A stretch of DNA of 63,715 nt, filler included, from Candidatus Tectimicrobiota bacterium (lineage in GTDB: Bacteria; JACPSX01), in the NCBI GenBank assembly GCA_016193065.1. It is 7 parts of 7 records of this genome, joined end to end, with 100 filler letters (N's around TTAATTAATTAA, not from the genome) between each part and the next. Parts side by side here need not be neighbours in the genome. Positions count along the whole stretch, not along the records: positions 1 to 22,889 come from JACPSX010000166.1; positions 22,990 to 29,804 come from JACPSX010000100.1; positions 29,905 to 39,703 come from JACPSX010000101.1; 4 more parts are not named here. One strand, given 5' to 3'. A program made the position numbers and the translations under genes. Below are positions 21,162 to 30,368 of this stretch, one piece after another. Each line of letters opens with the position of its first letter. Position 1 is the stretch's first letter. Under the pieces are notes generated by a model, which made no database searches, was not told the origin of the DNA, and saw nothing but the letters and a program-made list of their open reading frames with translations.

Positions 21162-21479
21162 ATGGCGGAGCACAAAGACCCAAACTACATGGCGATCTTC
21201 TGGTGGCTGCTGGCCCTGACGATCACTGAACTGGGGGTGATTTTTCTCCCGGCGGCGAGGTGGGTGATTGTCGTCCTGCTCGTGGCGCTGGCGCTCTCCA
21301 AGGCCTCCCTCGTGGCCATGTATTTCATGCACCTGCGGTTCGAGCGCCGCACCCTGAGCTTGATTGCGGTGACCCCGCTTCTGTTGAGCGTCATTGTCTT
21401 GTCCCTTGTCAGTCTGGATCGCTCTCCAGTCCCGCGTCGAACCGTGGACGTGGTGGGGCCTGCACCCTCTGGGCAATGA
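21162..21479 (+). CDS. coxD: Cytochrome c oxidase subunit IV family
   Basis: LLALTITE and KASLVAMYFMHLRFE; three TMs. Confidence 0.9.
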   Translation: MAEHKDPNYMAIFWWLLALTITELGVIFLPAARWVIVVLLVALALSKASLVAMYFMHLRFERRTLSLIAVTPLLLSVIVLSLVSLDRSPVPRRTVDVVGPAPSGQ

Positions 21480-21487
21480 GTTTTTAA

Positions 21488-21754
21488 TCAGGAGACTTTG
21501 ACACAGTCCTGCTGGCACCCCTCTTTCTCCGGCCACAGGGAGCAGTCCTGCACTTGGGTCTTCTCAGGGCCGAAGGCGGAGGTGAGAGCGGCCTTCCGGG
21601 CATCCAGTTGCACTTCCGCATCCGTTCCCGTTTGAGGGCACCGGAGCATCCGGCGGGCACGAAACCGCAGGAAGACTTCGATGACCACGGGAACCAGAAC
21701 GTACAGAACCCCGAGGGCCACGATGGCGGCTGCGACCAGCAATGGAGCTTTCAT
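21488..21754 (-). CDS. Small membrane-anchored protein with four Cys
   Basis: AAGGAGG RBS; N-terminal TM; CPQTG..CSLWP..CQQDC. Confidence 0.7.
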   Translation of the reverse strand: MKAPLLVAAAIVALGVLYVLVPVVIEVFLRFRARRMLRCPQTGTDAEVQLDARKAALTSAFGPEKTQVQDCSLWPEKEGCQQDCVKVS

Positions 21755-21947
21755 GTTTTTCCTCCTTACCGGGGAGGGTTCCCGGGCTTCCTCCCCGGGG
21801 CCTATTGTGGGCGGAATGTTCCGGGAAACCATAGTCTAAATCCCTCAAAATGATGGATTATTTTCTCCAAAAATCGGGGGCCCACGCCCAGGATGGGGGT
21901 ACCCGTCCTATGAGTGCGACTCCCGAACGCCTTGCGGCGAGGCAAGG

Positions 21948-22102
21948 GGGACCGGGGTGCCCCTTGGGGTTCCAGTACTGTTGGCCTGCGGGTCCTGTCG
22001 CCGGGTCGCCTCCTCGATCCGCGCTCCGTCACCCTGACGAGGGTCCCACTTTTGCGCGGCTCTGCGGAGGCTTTCCCGGCGCCACCCGCAGGCCCGTGCG
22101 GG
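21948..22102 (-). repeat. Dispersed non-coding repeat family B, copy 2
   Basis: Reverse complement of 8354-8538, without the GGGTACCC hairpin inserts. Confidence 0.9.
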
Positions 22103-22138
22103 GCGAACCCGGTCTTTATCGGCAGGAGGCTGCCCGTC

Positions 22139-22335
22139 CCGCCCTGAGCGCAACTGCCGGGAGCAGCGGGGGAACCCCCCGAGGCCCGCGCCGGATGAAA
22201 GCCGGAACTGACCGCAGGGAATTCCGGAAGGTTCATCCAGGCGCGGGCCCGTAAGGGTCCGCTGCGTGAGGCGTGAAGCGAAGGGTGGCAGGGCAGCCTC
22301 ACCACTATACTCTCGCAAAAGTGGGGGTGGGCAAG
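22139..22335 (+). repeat. MITE family A, partial copy
   Basis: Shares GCCCTGAGCGCAACTGCCGGGAGCAGCGGGGGAACCC and the TGGGGGTGGGCAAG end with 29915-30215. Confidence 0.8.
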
Positions 22336-22350
22336 GAGGTGGTTTCTGCG

Positions 22351-22379
22351 TTGACAACCTACCGGTGGGGCAGTATACA
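22351..22379 (+). promoter_or_regulatory. Sigma70-type promoter upstream of the USP gene
   Basis: TTGACA-17bp-TATACA. Confidence 0.5.
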
Positions 22380-22466
22380 GAGAGTGTTTTGCGGCCCATA
22401 GGAAGTTTACGAAGGGCATTCACTTCAGCAGGTTAGAGTGAGGACTCGAGTTTACAGGAGGAGGGG

Positions 22467-22889
22467 GTGCGGGTGTACAAGCATATCTATGTGCCGGTAG
22501 ATAACTCGGAATATTCCAACCGCGCCATGGAGATGGCCCTGGCGCTGGGTGAGGCCTTTGGCGCGAAATTGACCGGGTGTCACGTTTATGCGGCCCGGCT
22601 TCACGACTACCGCTTCAAGCAGATGGAGTATACCCTCCCGGAGGAGTATAAGGACGAGCAGGAACTGGAGCGCCAGAGAAAGATCCATGACTCCCTGATC
22701 ACCATGGGACTCCAGCTCATCTCCGAGAGCTATTTGGACGTCATGGCCCGCAAGGCGGCGGCCAAGGGGCTATTCTTCGAACCAAAGCTGATCGACGGCA
22801 AGCACTACAAGGTGCTGGTTGAGGACGTCCGGAACTCGAATTACGACCTGGTGGTCATGGGGGCCGTCGGCATGGGGGCGGTTCGTGAC
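22467..22889 (+). CDS. Universal stress protein, 3'-truncated by the contig end
   Basis: YKHIYVPVDNSEYS and DLVVMGAVGMG USP motifs. Confidence 0.9.
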
Positions 22890-22989
22890 NNNNNNNNNNN
22901 NNNNNNNNNNNNNNNNNNNNNNNNNNNNNNNNNTTAATTAATTAANNNNNNNNNNNNNNNNNNNNNNNNNNNNNNNNNNNNNNNNNNNN
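22890..22989. other. Artificial contig linker; identical linkers at 29805-29904, 39704-39803, 45669-45768, 56857-56956 and 61062-61161
   Basis: 100 bp of N44-TTAATTAATTAA-N44 (stops in all six frames); genes are truncated at most of these linkers. Confidence 0.98.
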
Positions 22990-23191
22990 CAATGGCATGA
23001 GCCTCCGCGACCTGAAGGTCGGCGACACCATCAGGCTTGAATACACCCGGGAAGGTAACCGTCTTATCGGCGTCTCCGTTTCCAAGGAACCGGTTCCCGC
23101 CAAGACCAAACCAAAAGAAAACAAGAAGGAACTCCCGAAGAAGGCCGAAAGTCCCGCAAAGCCCGCAGCGAAAGAATCCCCGGCGAAATAG
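22990..23191 (+). CDS. C-terminal fragment of a small OB-fold-like protein with a Lys/Pro-rich tail
   Basis: LRDLKVGDTIRLEY..; begins at the contig edge. Confidence 0.5.
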
Positions 23192-23235
23192 CGTCTTCAT
23201 CATCGTGGAGGTTCGGCCTGGGAGGGGGGAGTGCC

Positions 23236-23442
23236 ATGCCGTCGGGAACCATCAAATGGTTTAGTGAGCGCCGCCACTACGGGTTTATTGTTTCCGAAAA
23301 CGGTCAGGAAGTCTTTTTTCACCAATCCGAAGTAAGCGCCGAGGACTTGCCGGTCCAGGAAGGAGACCGGGTGATTTTTAAGGTTGTCGAGACCCTCAGG
23401 GGGGTTCAGGGCAAAGAAATTTTCAAACTCCCCCTTATGTAA
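23236..23442 (+). CDS. Cold-shock domain protein
   Basis: GTIKWF, YGFI (RNP1) and VFFHQS (RNP2). Confidence 0.93.
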   Translation: MPSGTIKWFSERRHYGFIVSENGQEVFFHQSEVSAEDLPVQEGDRVIFKVVETLRGVQGKEIFKLPLM

Positions 23443-23523
23443 TTGCGCGATTCTTCTGTCCCATCAACCCGCTGGCCATCCATTTCAAAAGAGACTGCCT
23501 GGCATTATGGAAGGCCGTATCCC

Positions 23524-23655
23524 CCTGCCCAGCCCCAGTTTGTCAGCGAGGAATTGCTACACTCATCAACTCCTCAGGGGAGCCCAAGGGCCTGCCCTGA
23601 GCTTGCCGCAGGGGGCACTCCCGAGGCCCCGAATGAAAAACAGGAGGTGGGCTAA
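23524..23655 (+). repeat. MITE family A, short copy
   Basis: Left end CTGCCCAGCCCCAGTTTGTCAGCGAGGAATTGCTAC matches the left end of 29915; right end AAACAGGAGGTGGGC is an imperfect inverted repeat. Confidence 0.75.
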
Positions 23656-23727
23656 TCCGGTATCCTCTGTTGACATCTTTCGCCGCACATGGAGTACAAT
23701 AAGAAAAAACGGGAAACAAGATCCGCC

Positions 23728-24507
23728 ATGGGATTTAAAGACCTGCTCTATTATCTTTACGGCCGCAGACTTCTAGCCTCCGTGGGCAAGGGGCCTCTGC
23801 CCCAGCATATCGGGCTCATCCTGGATGGGAACCGCCGCTACGCCCGGGCCAAGAATCTTCCCGCCCTCATCGACGGCCACAAGAGAGGGGCGGAAAAGCT
23901 CGACGAGGTCCTCAAGTGGTGTGAGGATCTCGACATTCGCACGGTGACCATCTGGGTTTTCTCGACGGAAAACCAGCAGCGTGCTCCGGATGAGGTGGAC
24001 GAGCTGATGGAGGTCATTGAGGCCAAGATTGACCAGATGGCCCGCAACCCCTTGACCCGAGAGCGCCGCATGAGGATCCGGGCCGTGGGGCAGATCGCGA
24101 ACCTCCCCCCCAGGCTGCAGGAAACCATCCGGAAAGCCGAAGAAGCAACCCGAAAACACGACCGCTTCTTTCTCAACATTGCCGTCGCCTACGGCGGGCG
24201 CCAGGAGATTGCCGACGCCTTCAAGAAGCTCCTGGCGGAGAAGCAGAGGCTGAACGTCCCCCTGGAGACGATCGCCGCCTCCATTTCCCCCGAGGAGATC
24301 AGCCGCCACATGTACACCTATGACGTTCCCGACCCGGACCTGATCATCCGCACCAGCGGAGAGGTGCGCTTGAGCGGGTTTCTTCTCTGGCAGAGCGCCT
24401 ACAGCGAATTTTACTTCTGCGATGTGAACTGGCCGGCCTTCCGGAAAATCGACTTCCTGCGGGCAATCCGCAGCTACCAGCAAAGGGATCGCCGCTTCGG
24501 TCAATAA
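23728..24507 (+). CDS. uppS: Cis-isoprenyl (polyprenyl) diphosphate synthase
   Basis: HIGLILDGNRR, FSTEN and PDLIIRTSGEVRLSGFLLWQ. Confidence 0.92.
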   Translation: MGFKDLLYYLYGRRLLASVGKGPLPQHIGLILDGNRRYARAKNLPALIDGHKRGAEKLDEVLKWCEDLDIRTVTIWVFSTENQQRAPDEVDELMEVIEAKIDQMARNPLTRERRMRIRAVGQIANLPPRLQETIRKAEEATRKHDRFFLNIAVAYGGRQEIADAFKKLLAEKQRLNVPLETIAASISPEEISRHMYTYDVPDPDLIIRTSGEVRLSGFLLWQSAYSEFYFCDVNWPAFRKIDFLRAIRSYQQRDRRFGQ

Positions 24508-24564
24508 CAACCGGCTGGAAAACGCGGCTACCCGATAGCGAGTGCCACGCTCTGGAGAAGCCTT

Positions 24565-25548
24565 CTAGAACATCAGCTTGAGAAGCAATGCGATCAGAAA
24601 CGCAATCGTCCCGCAAATTGGAAAGGTCAGGACCCAGGCCATGACAATTTCCTGCGAGACATTCCAACGCACGGCCGAAAACCGCCGTGCAGCTCCCACC
24701 CCCATAATCGCCGTCCCGATGGAATGAGTTGTACTCAAGGGAATCCCAAAGTGCGAGGCCCCGAGAATCGTCAGGGAAGCGGCCGTCTCGGCGGAAAACC
24801 CCTGCCAGGACTCAAGATGCACCATCTTGATCCCCATCTTGTGGATGATTTTCCGCCCTCCAAAGGAGGTACCGATTCCCATCGTAAGGGCACAAATGAG
24901 GATCACCCATACCGGGATATGAAAGCCCGGGAAGATCCCCGCCAAAGTCAGAGCCAGAGCAAAGACTCCGATGAACTTCTGGCCATCATTCAATCCGTGG
25001 TTAAAGGCCATAAAGGCCGCCGACAGAATTTGCAGGCGGGCAAACAGGCGCCGGGATTTAATGGGAGAGCTGTTGGCAAGAAATATCTGCACCGCTTTCG
25101 CGATGATCAACGCGCTCCCAAACCCGAGGAAAGAGGACAAGACGAGCCCGATGAGGACTTTTTGCCAGCCGCTCCAAAGCAGAACGTGGGGTCCTGCTGT
25201 AGCCAACCCGGCTCCCGCCAGCCCGGCCACCAGAGCGTGCGATTCGCTGGTGGGAATACCATAGTGGGCCGCCAGGCTGCTCCAGATAACAATGGCGAAC
25301 ATAGCCGCTGCCACAGTCTGCAAGTTGATCACGGAAGCCTCGACAATCCCCGTCCCGATGGTCTCGGCAACCGCCGTTCCAGCCAGGGCTCCGACGATAT
25401 TCAGCAAGGTCGCCATAAGAATGGCGTTCCTCGGAGACAGAACACGGGTTGACACCACCGTGGCAATGGCATTCGGGGCGTCGGTCCAGCCGTTGACGAA
25501 CTCCGCGGCAAGCACAAGCAGGAGAACGATTATGAGCATTATGCTCAT
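24565..25548 (-). CDS. pit: Inorganic phosphate transporter, PiT family
   Basis: NGWTDAPNAIAT, HGLNDGQK and PLSTTH. Confidence 0.95.
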   Translation of the reverse strand: MSIMLIIVLLLVLAAEFVNGWTDAPNAIATVVSTRVLSPRNAILMATLLNIVGALAGTAVAETIGTGIVEASVINLQTVAAAMFAIVIWSSLAAHYGIPTSESHALVAGLAGAGLATAGPHVLLWSGWQKVLIGLVLSSFLGFGSALIIAKAVQIFLANSSPIKSRRLFARLQILSAAFMAFNHGLNDGQKFIGVFALALTLAGIFPGFHIPVWVILICALTMGIGTSFGGRKIIHKMGIKMVHLESWQGFSAETAASLTILGASHFGIPLSTTHSIGTAIMGVGAARRFSAVRWNVSQEIVMAWVLTFPICGTIAFLIALLLKLMF

Positions 25549-25560
25549 GAGTACTCCCCT

Positions 25561-26181
25561 TTACCTGGCTTCTTTGCGGGAAATTGAAGAAATCGCATCG
25601 GCCACGTTTTCGCAGTGATCCGTAATGATTTCAAGATTCTCGAATATATCTTTCCATTGAATCACCGTTTTTGCATCCGGCTCGCCCTGGAAGAGATGTT
25701 CCAGGCCCCGATACAACAACAAGTCGGCTTCCTCTTCGAGCTCCTTGATTTGCACTACCTGTTTCTGGACCGTTTCAAGCTTAGGATTTAATATTTCAGG
25801 CATAAGAGTCTGCAGATTCTTGGTCATTTGCGTGATGATGTTCGTAAAACTGGCCGCCTCGCTGCGCGCTGCCGTAATATGATAAATTTGCACTCGGATC
25901 GCGACCGCCCTCATGAAGTCAATCACGTGATCCAGTTCGTTGATCAGCGCGACAATGTCGTCCTTATCGATCTTCGTAATGAACGTGCGGTCGAGTAGCT
26001 GATGAGCTTGGCGCGTCAGATCGTCTCCTTTGTGCTCCCGTTCAATGATGCTCTGGATCCGTTCCCGGGCGGTGGACAGGTCTGCGAAGAGCTTGCCGAG
26101 CTCTTCGGCGCAGCCGACCGTGTTGGCGATATGGTTTTTAAAGATGTCCTCAAATTGTTTGTCGTTCGTCTTTCCCCACAC
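25561..26181 (-). CDS. DUF47 (PhoU-like) phosphate transport regulator
   Basis: EHKGD, FITKIDKDDI, LEEEAD and WKDIFENLE; upstream of pit. Confidence 0.92.
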   Translation of the reverse strand: MWGKTNDKQFEDIFKNHIANTVGCAEELGKLFADLSTARERIQSIIEREHKGDDLTRQAHQLLDRTFITKIDKDDIVALINELDHVIDFMRAVAIRVQIYHITAARSEAASFTNIITQMTKNLQTLMPEILNPKLETVQKQVVQIKELEEEADLLLYRGLEHLFQGEPDAKTVIQWKDIFENLEIITDHCENVADAISSISRKEAR

Positions 26182-26428
26182 CGGCTCTTTCCTCCTTCTT
26201 GTTTTTCACTTCGCGACAAGCCTGCATCCAGAACCCGATCTACGGAACCTCCATCCTCCTCCCACACGCGGACAATCATAACCTCCATAACCATGTCTAC
26301 CCCGCTACCGAGAACAAGCCCCCGCGGCAGGGGGGCTTGCTCTGAGGCGCCCGATCTTGGAATCCGCAGGCCCGCTGTGACGGGAGGAAGGCCGGTCATT
26401 CGTCCTGAGGTCCGCAACGCCCCTTGGA

Positions 26429-28792
26429 TCAGGAGCTTGGTTTTCCGTCCGAAATCAAGGCGTGATCAAGAACTTCGTCCATGTGCTTCACGAACAGGAT
26501 CCGGAGCTCCTCGCGCACCTGGGGAGGAATCTCCTGCAGATCCTTCTCGTTGTCCTGGGGGAGAAGGACGGTTTTAATACCCGCCCGGTGGGCGGCCAGG
26601 ATTTTCTCCTTCACCCCGCCGATGGGAAGCACCTTTCCCCTCAAAGTAATCTCCCCGGTCATGGCCAACTGCTTCCGAACCGGCCGGCGGCACAGGGCGG
26701 AGACCACAGCCGTGGCGATCGTGATTCCAGCCGAGGGCCCGTCCTTGGGAATGGCCCCGGCAGGGACGTGGATGTGCAGCGCCGTCTTTTCGTGGAAGGC
26801 AGGGTCGATCCCCAGCCTCTCGGCCCGGGAGCGTGTATAAGTTAATGCGGCTCGAGCGGATTCCTGCATGACGTCCCCCAGCTTTCCCGTCAGCGTCAAC
26901 TCGCCGTGGCCCGGTACCAGGCTTGCTTCTACGAACAGGACCTCTCCACCGGTGGGGGTCCAAGCCAGTCCTGTCGCCACGCCGATCTCGTCTTCCTCAC
27001 CCGCCATTTCGTAACGGAAACGTGCGGGTCCCAGGTATTCCTTAAGATCCGCCGGGCTCACCTCAACCCGGTCCACCAGACCTTCAGCTTTCTTTCGCGC
27101 AACTTTTCGGCAGATGTTTGCAATCTCGCGCTCCAGATTCCTCACCCCGGCCTCCCGGGTGTAATGACGAATGATGTCGAGAATCGCCTCGTCCCCCAAG
27201 GAAACGTCCTCTGCCGTCAAGCCATTCTCCTGGTGCTGCCGGGGCAGCAGATAACGACGGGCAATCCCCAGCTTCTCCGACTCCGTGTATCCCGGAAGTT
27301 CAAGAATTTCCATGCGGTCCCTCAACGGAGGCGGGATCGTGTCCAGAATGTTGGCCGTAGTGATGAACATGACCCTGGAGAGATCAAAAGACACGTCCAA
27401 ATAGTGGTCAACAAAGGTATTATTCTGCGCCGGATCGAGCACTTCCAGGAGGGCGGAAGCCGGATCTCCTCGGAAATCCGCGCCGATCTTGTCGACTTCA
27501 TCCAGCATGAAGACGGGGTTGTTCGATTCGGCCCTGCGCAGCTCCCGGATGATGCGGCCCGGAAGCGCCCCGACGTAGGTGCGCCGGTGGCCCCGGATTT
27601 CAGCCTCGTCCCGAACCCCGCCCAGGGACAGGCGCACAAAGCGCCGCCCCATGGCCCGGGCGATGGACTGGCCCAGGGAAGTTTTGCCCACCCCGGGAGG
27701 TCCCACGAAGCAAAGGATCGGCCCCTTGGCGTCGGCGCGCAGTTTTCGCACGGCCAGGTATTCGAGGATCCGTTCTTTGGGCTTCTCCAGATCGTAGTGA
27801 TCCTCATTGAGAACCTGGCTGGCCAGGGCCACGTCCAACGAATCTGACGTGGACTTCTGCCAGGGGAGGCCCAGGAGCCAGTCCAGGTAGTTGCGGGACA
27901 CGGCGTATTCAGCGGAAGCCGGATTGATCCGGGCCAGGTGCTCCATCTCCTCATCCACGGCCTTGCGGGCTTCGGGCGTAAGACCCGTGCTCTCGATTCT
28001 CTCCCGCAGCTTGGTCAGTTCTCCCTCTTTTTCATCCAGTTCCCCCAGCTCCTTCTGAATCGCGCGCAACTGCTCCCGGAGGTAATACTCCCGCTGGCTC
28101 TTATCCCTCTTCTCCATGATCTCGTTTTGAATCCGCTTGCCCAGCTCCATCATCTCCATCTCACGCTGCAAGTAGGCCGTGATCTTGCGCAGCCGGGCGC
28201 TGACGCTGGTTTCCTCCAGGAATTGCTGGCGCTCCTCCAGGGAGAGGCCCAGGTGAATGGCCACAAGATAGGAGAGTTGGGCCGGGTCGGGAATGTTCAA
28301 GGCAGCCACAGCCAGTTCCGGGGGGAGGTTGGGGGATTCCGAGACAAGCTTCTGGAATTGAGAGCGGACGTTTCGGGCCAAAGCCTCAAACTCCGGAGTC
28401 TGCTCAAGTTGGTCCGGGACAACTTCCACCCGGGCCTTCCAGTACGGCTCCTCCAGCGTGAACTCCGTAATCCGCACGCGCTCAATTCCCTGCAGGAGGA
28501 CATGGACCTTCCCGTCGGGCATCCGCAGGAACCGGGCCACCACGGCAGCCGTGCCCACGACCGCCAGATTCTCCCGAGCGATCGGCTCTGGAGGATGCTT
28601 GAGCGCAAAAAGACCGACGATTTTACTCCCCACCAGGGCTTCATCCACCAGTTTGATCCATTTCTCCCCTTGCAGCTCAAAGGGGAGCACCATCGAGGGG
28701 AAAAGAACCGCATCACCGCCCGGAAGGATGGCAAGCTCTTCGGGAATCCGAGGAGCCCCGGTCTCTCTCGCTGTTTTTTCCGCGACGTCCAT
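26429..28792 (-). CDS. lon: ATP-dependent Lon protease
   Basis: Lon_N domain, [25 protein letters not shown] (catalytic Ser) and IGGVKEK. Start placed at MDVAEKT. Confidence 0.98.
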   Translation of the reverse strand: MDVAEKTARETGAPRIPEELAILPGGDAVLFPSMVLPFELQGEKWIKLVDEALVGSKIVGLFALKHPPEPIARENLAVVGTAAVVARFLRMPDGKVHVLLQGIERVRITEFTLEEPYWKARVEVVPDQLEQTPEFEALARNVRSQFQKLVSESPNLPPELAVAALNIPDPAQLSYLVAIHLGLSLEERQQFLEETSVSARLRKITAYLQREMEMMELGKRIQNEIMEKRDKSQREYYLREQLRAIQKELGELDEKEGELTKLRERIESTGLTPEARKAVDEEMEHLARINPASAEYAVSRNYLDWLLGLPWQKSTSDSLDVALASQVLNEDHYDLEKPKERILEYLAVRKLRADAKGPILCFVGPPGVGKTSLGQSIARAMGRRFVRLSLGGVRDEAEIRGHRRTYVGALPGRIIRELRRAESNNPVFMLDEVDKIGADFRGDPASALLEVLDPAQNNTFVDHYLDVSFDLSRVMFITTANILDTIPPPLRDRMEILELPGYTESEKLGIARRYLLPRQHQENGLTAEDVSLGDEAILDIIRHYTREAGVRNLEREIANICRKVARKKAEGLVDRVEVSPADLKEYLGPARFRYEMAGEEDEIGVATGLAWTPTGGEVLFVEASLVPGHGELTLTGKLGDVMQESARAALTYTRSRAERLGIDPAFHEKTALHIHVPAGAIPKDGPSAGITIATAVVSALCRRPVRKQLAMTGEITLRGKVLPIGGVKEKILAAHRAGIKTVLLPQDNEKDLQEIPPQVREELRILFVKHMDEVLDHALISDGKPSS

Positions 28793-28892
28793 AAGTTCTT
28801 GGCCTTTATCTAGCGTGGTTCGACAAGCCTGTCCTGCACCCGGAAGCCGGGTACCCGGTCGAAGGGCAAACGGAAGGTTTTTCAGCAATCTC

Positions 28893-29339
28893 CTAGAACT
28901 CGAGGATAAGCACGCGCCCTTGGCGTCCCGGAGAGGCCTTGGGCAGGATGACATCGAGAAACCCGTTTTTGTAGACGGCTTTGGCTTCTTCCGGCGAGAC
29001 GGGGGCCGGAAGATTCACGACCCGTTCAAAAGGACCGAAGGGGATTTCCATCAGGTGGCAGATCACGGAGGAACCGGGGACGGGCGTCTCCCGTTTCCCT
29101 CGCAGTATCAGAATCTGCCCGTCCACGGCCAGATCCAGATCCCGGGCTTCCACCCCCGGCAGCTCGGCCCGAACCAGCACTTCCTCGTTGGTCTCGAACA
29201 CGTCCACGGCAGGCCTCCAGGCCCGGTCGGCGAAATAGGTAGCCGGACGTTTGCTCTTGTTAAGGTGGTTGAAAAAGCGGTCCAGCCAGTCCCGCAAATC
29301 CTCCTGTCCCGCCAGGAAATTCTTGTAGGGATTGTCCAT
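28893..29339 (-). CDS. Hsp20/alpha-crystallin small heat-shock protein
   Basis: [24 protein letters not shown] and [10 protein letters not shown]. Confidence 0.93.
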   Translation of the reverse strand: MDNPYKNFLAGQEDLRDWLDRFFNHLNKSKRPATYFADRAWRPAVDVFETNEEVLVRAELPGVEARDLDLAVDGQILILRGKRETPVPGSSVICHLMEIPFGPFERVVNLPAPVSPEEAKAVYKNGFLDVILPKASPGRQGRVLILEF

Positions 29340-29914
29340 CAGCCGTCCCCCCGCACAGTCACCGCCCCGCCGGGTACCCGCCCCGCCGGGTACCCGCCCC
29401 GCGGGTGCTGCACTTTGGAATCCGCAAGTCCACTACCATACCCATGCTCTTTATCACTATAATGCAATTCCCCCATTTTTCATAGCCCGCGATGGCAGCC
29501 CCGAGGACCTGACCGGAGACCGGGGTGCCCCTTGGGCACCCGCTCTTGCGGGTACCCGGTAAACTTTTGCTCGCGAGGGCGATTTAGGGTTCATCCTTTC
29601 TCGCATGCGAGGAGATTCAAACCTTGCGCCGGCGACGCCTGCAAAACTTTAAGTCGCCCTACGGGGCACACCCGGTCTCCTTGCGCTTATCCTCCCCTCG
29701 CTACGCTCAAGCGATCAATCATCATCCTTCATTTCCGAGAGGGTTGCCCCCGTAGGCGATCTAAGGGGTTGCGAGGAAGAGGACCCTCGATTCCGCCAAC
29801 ACAANNNNNNNNNNNNNNNNNNNNNNNNNNNNNNNNNNNNNNNNNNNNTTAATTAATTAANNNNNNNNNNNNNNNNNNNNNNNNNNNNNNNNNNNNNNNN
29901 NNNNGATGCAAATG

Positions 29915-30215
29915 CTTGCCCACCCCCAGTTTGCCTGCGAGGAATTGCTACCCCCTCGGAGGAGAGAGCACCGAGGGGACTGTCCTTCCTGCCCTGAGCG
30001 CAACTGCCGGGAGCAGCGGGGGAACCCACCGGGAGCGGCCAGGGATGGGAAACCGCGCAGCCTAGACTTGCTTGCAGATAGCCGAACCTTTATCGTGGCG
30101 GTAGCGGAGGGGTCCCACCCTGGGCGCCCCGTAAGGGTCCGTTGCGGGAGGCGTGTAGCGAAGGGCAGAAGACAGTCCCTTTGCTATGGATTCGCAAAAA
30201 CTGGGGGTGGGCAAG
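29915..30215. mobile_element. MITE family A, complete 301-bp copy with TIRs and a probable 10-bp target-site duplication
   Basis: Perfect 18-bp TIR CTTGCCCACCCCCAGTTT / AAACTGGGGGTGGGCAAG; flanks GATGCAAATG and GAAGCAAATG (9/10 identical). Confidence 0.82.
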
Positions 30216-30368
30216 GAAGCAAATGCCATCCCCAAGCCGGGTCACCATCCGTCACCTCGGTCTTCCTACTGTTTTTCCGTGACAGCCAGACAAGTTTTTG
30301 TTATACAAGAGGTTTGAAAAGAGACGATGGGAGAATTTGTGAAGGGAGCGGCGGGAAGGGCCAGGAGC

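Noticed and set aside
22890-22989. TTAATTAATTAA motif recurring six times inside N runs
   Set aside because: Artificial contig linker, not biology. ORFs ending in X runs are truncated, and cross-linker synteny is invalid.
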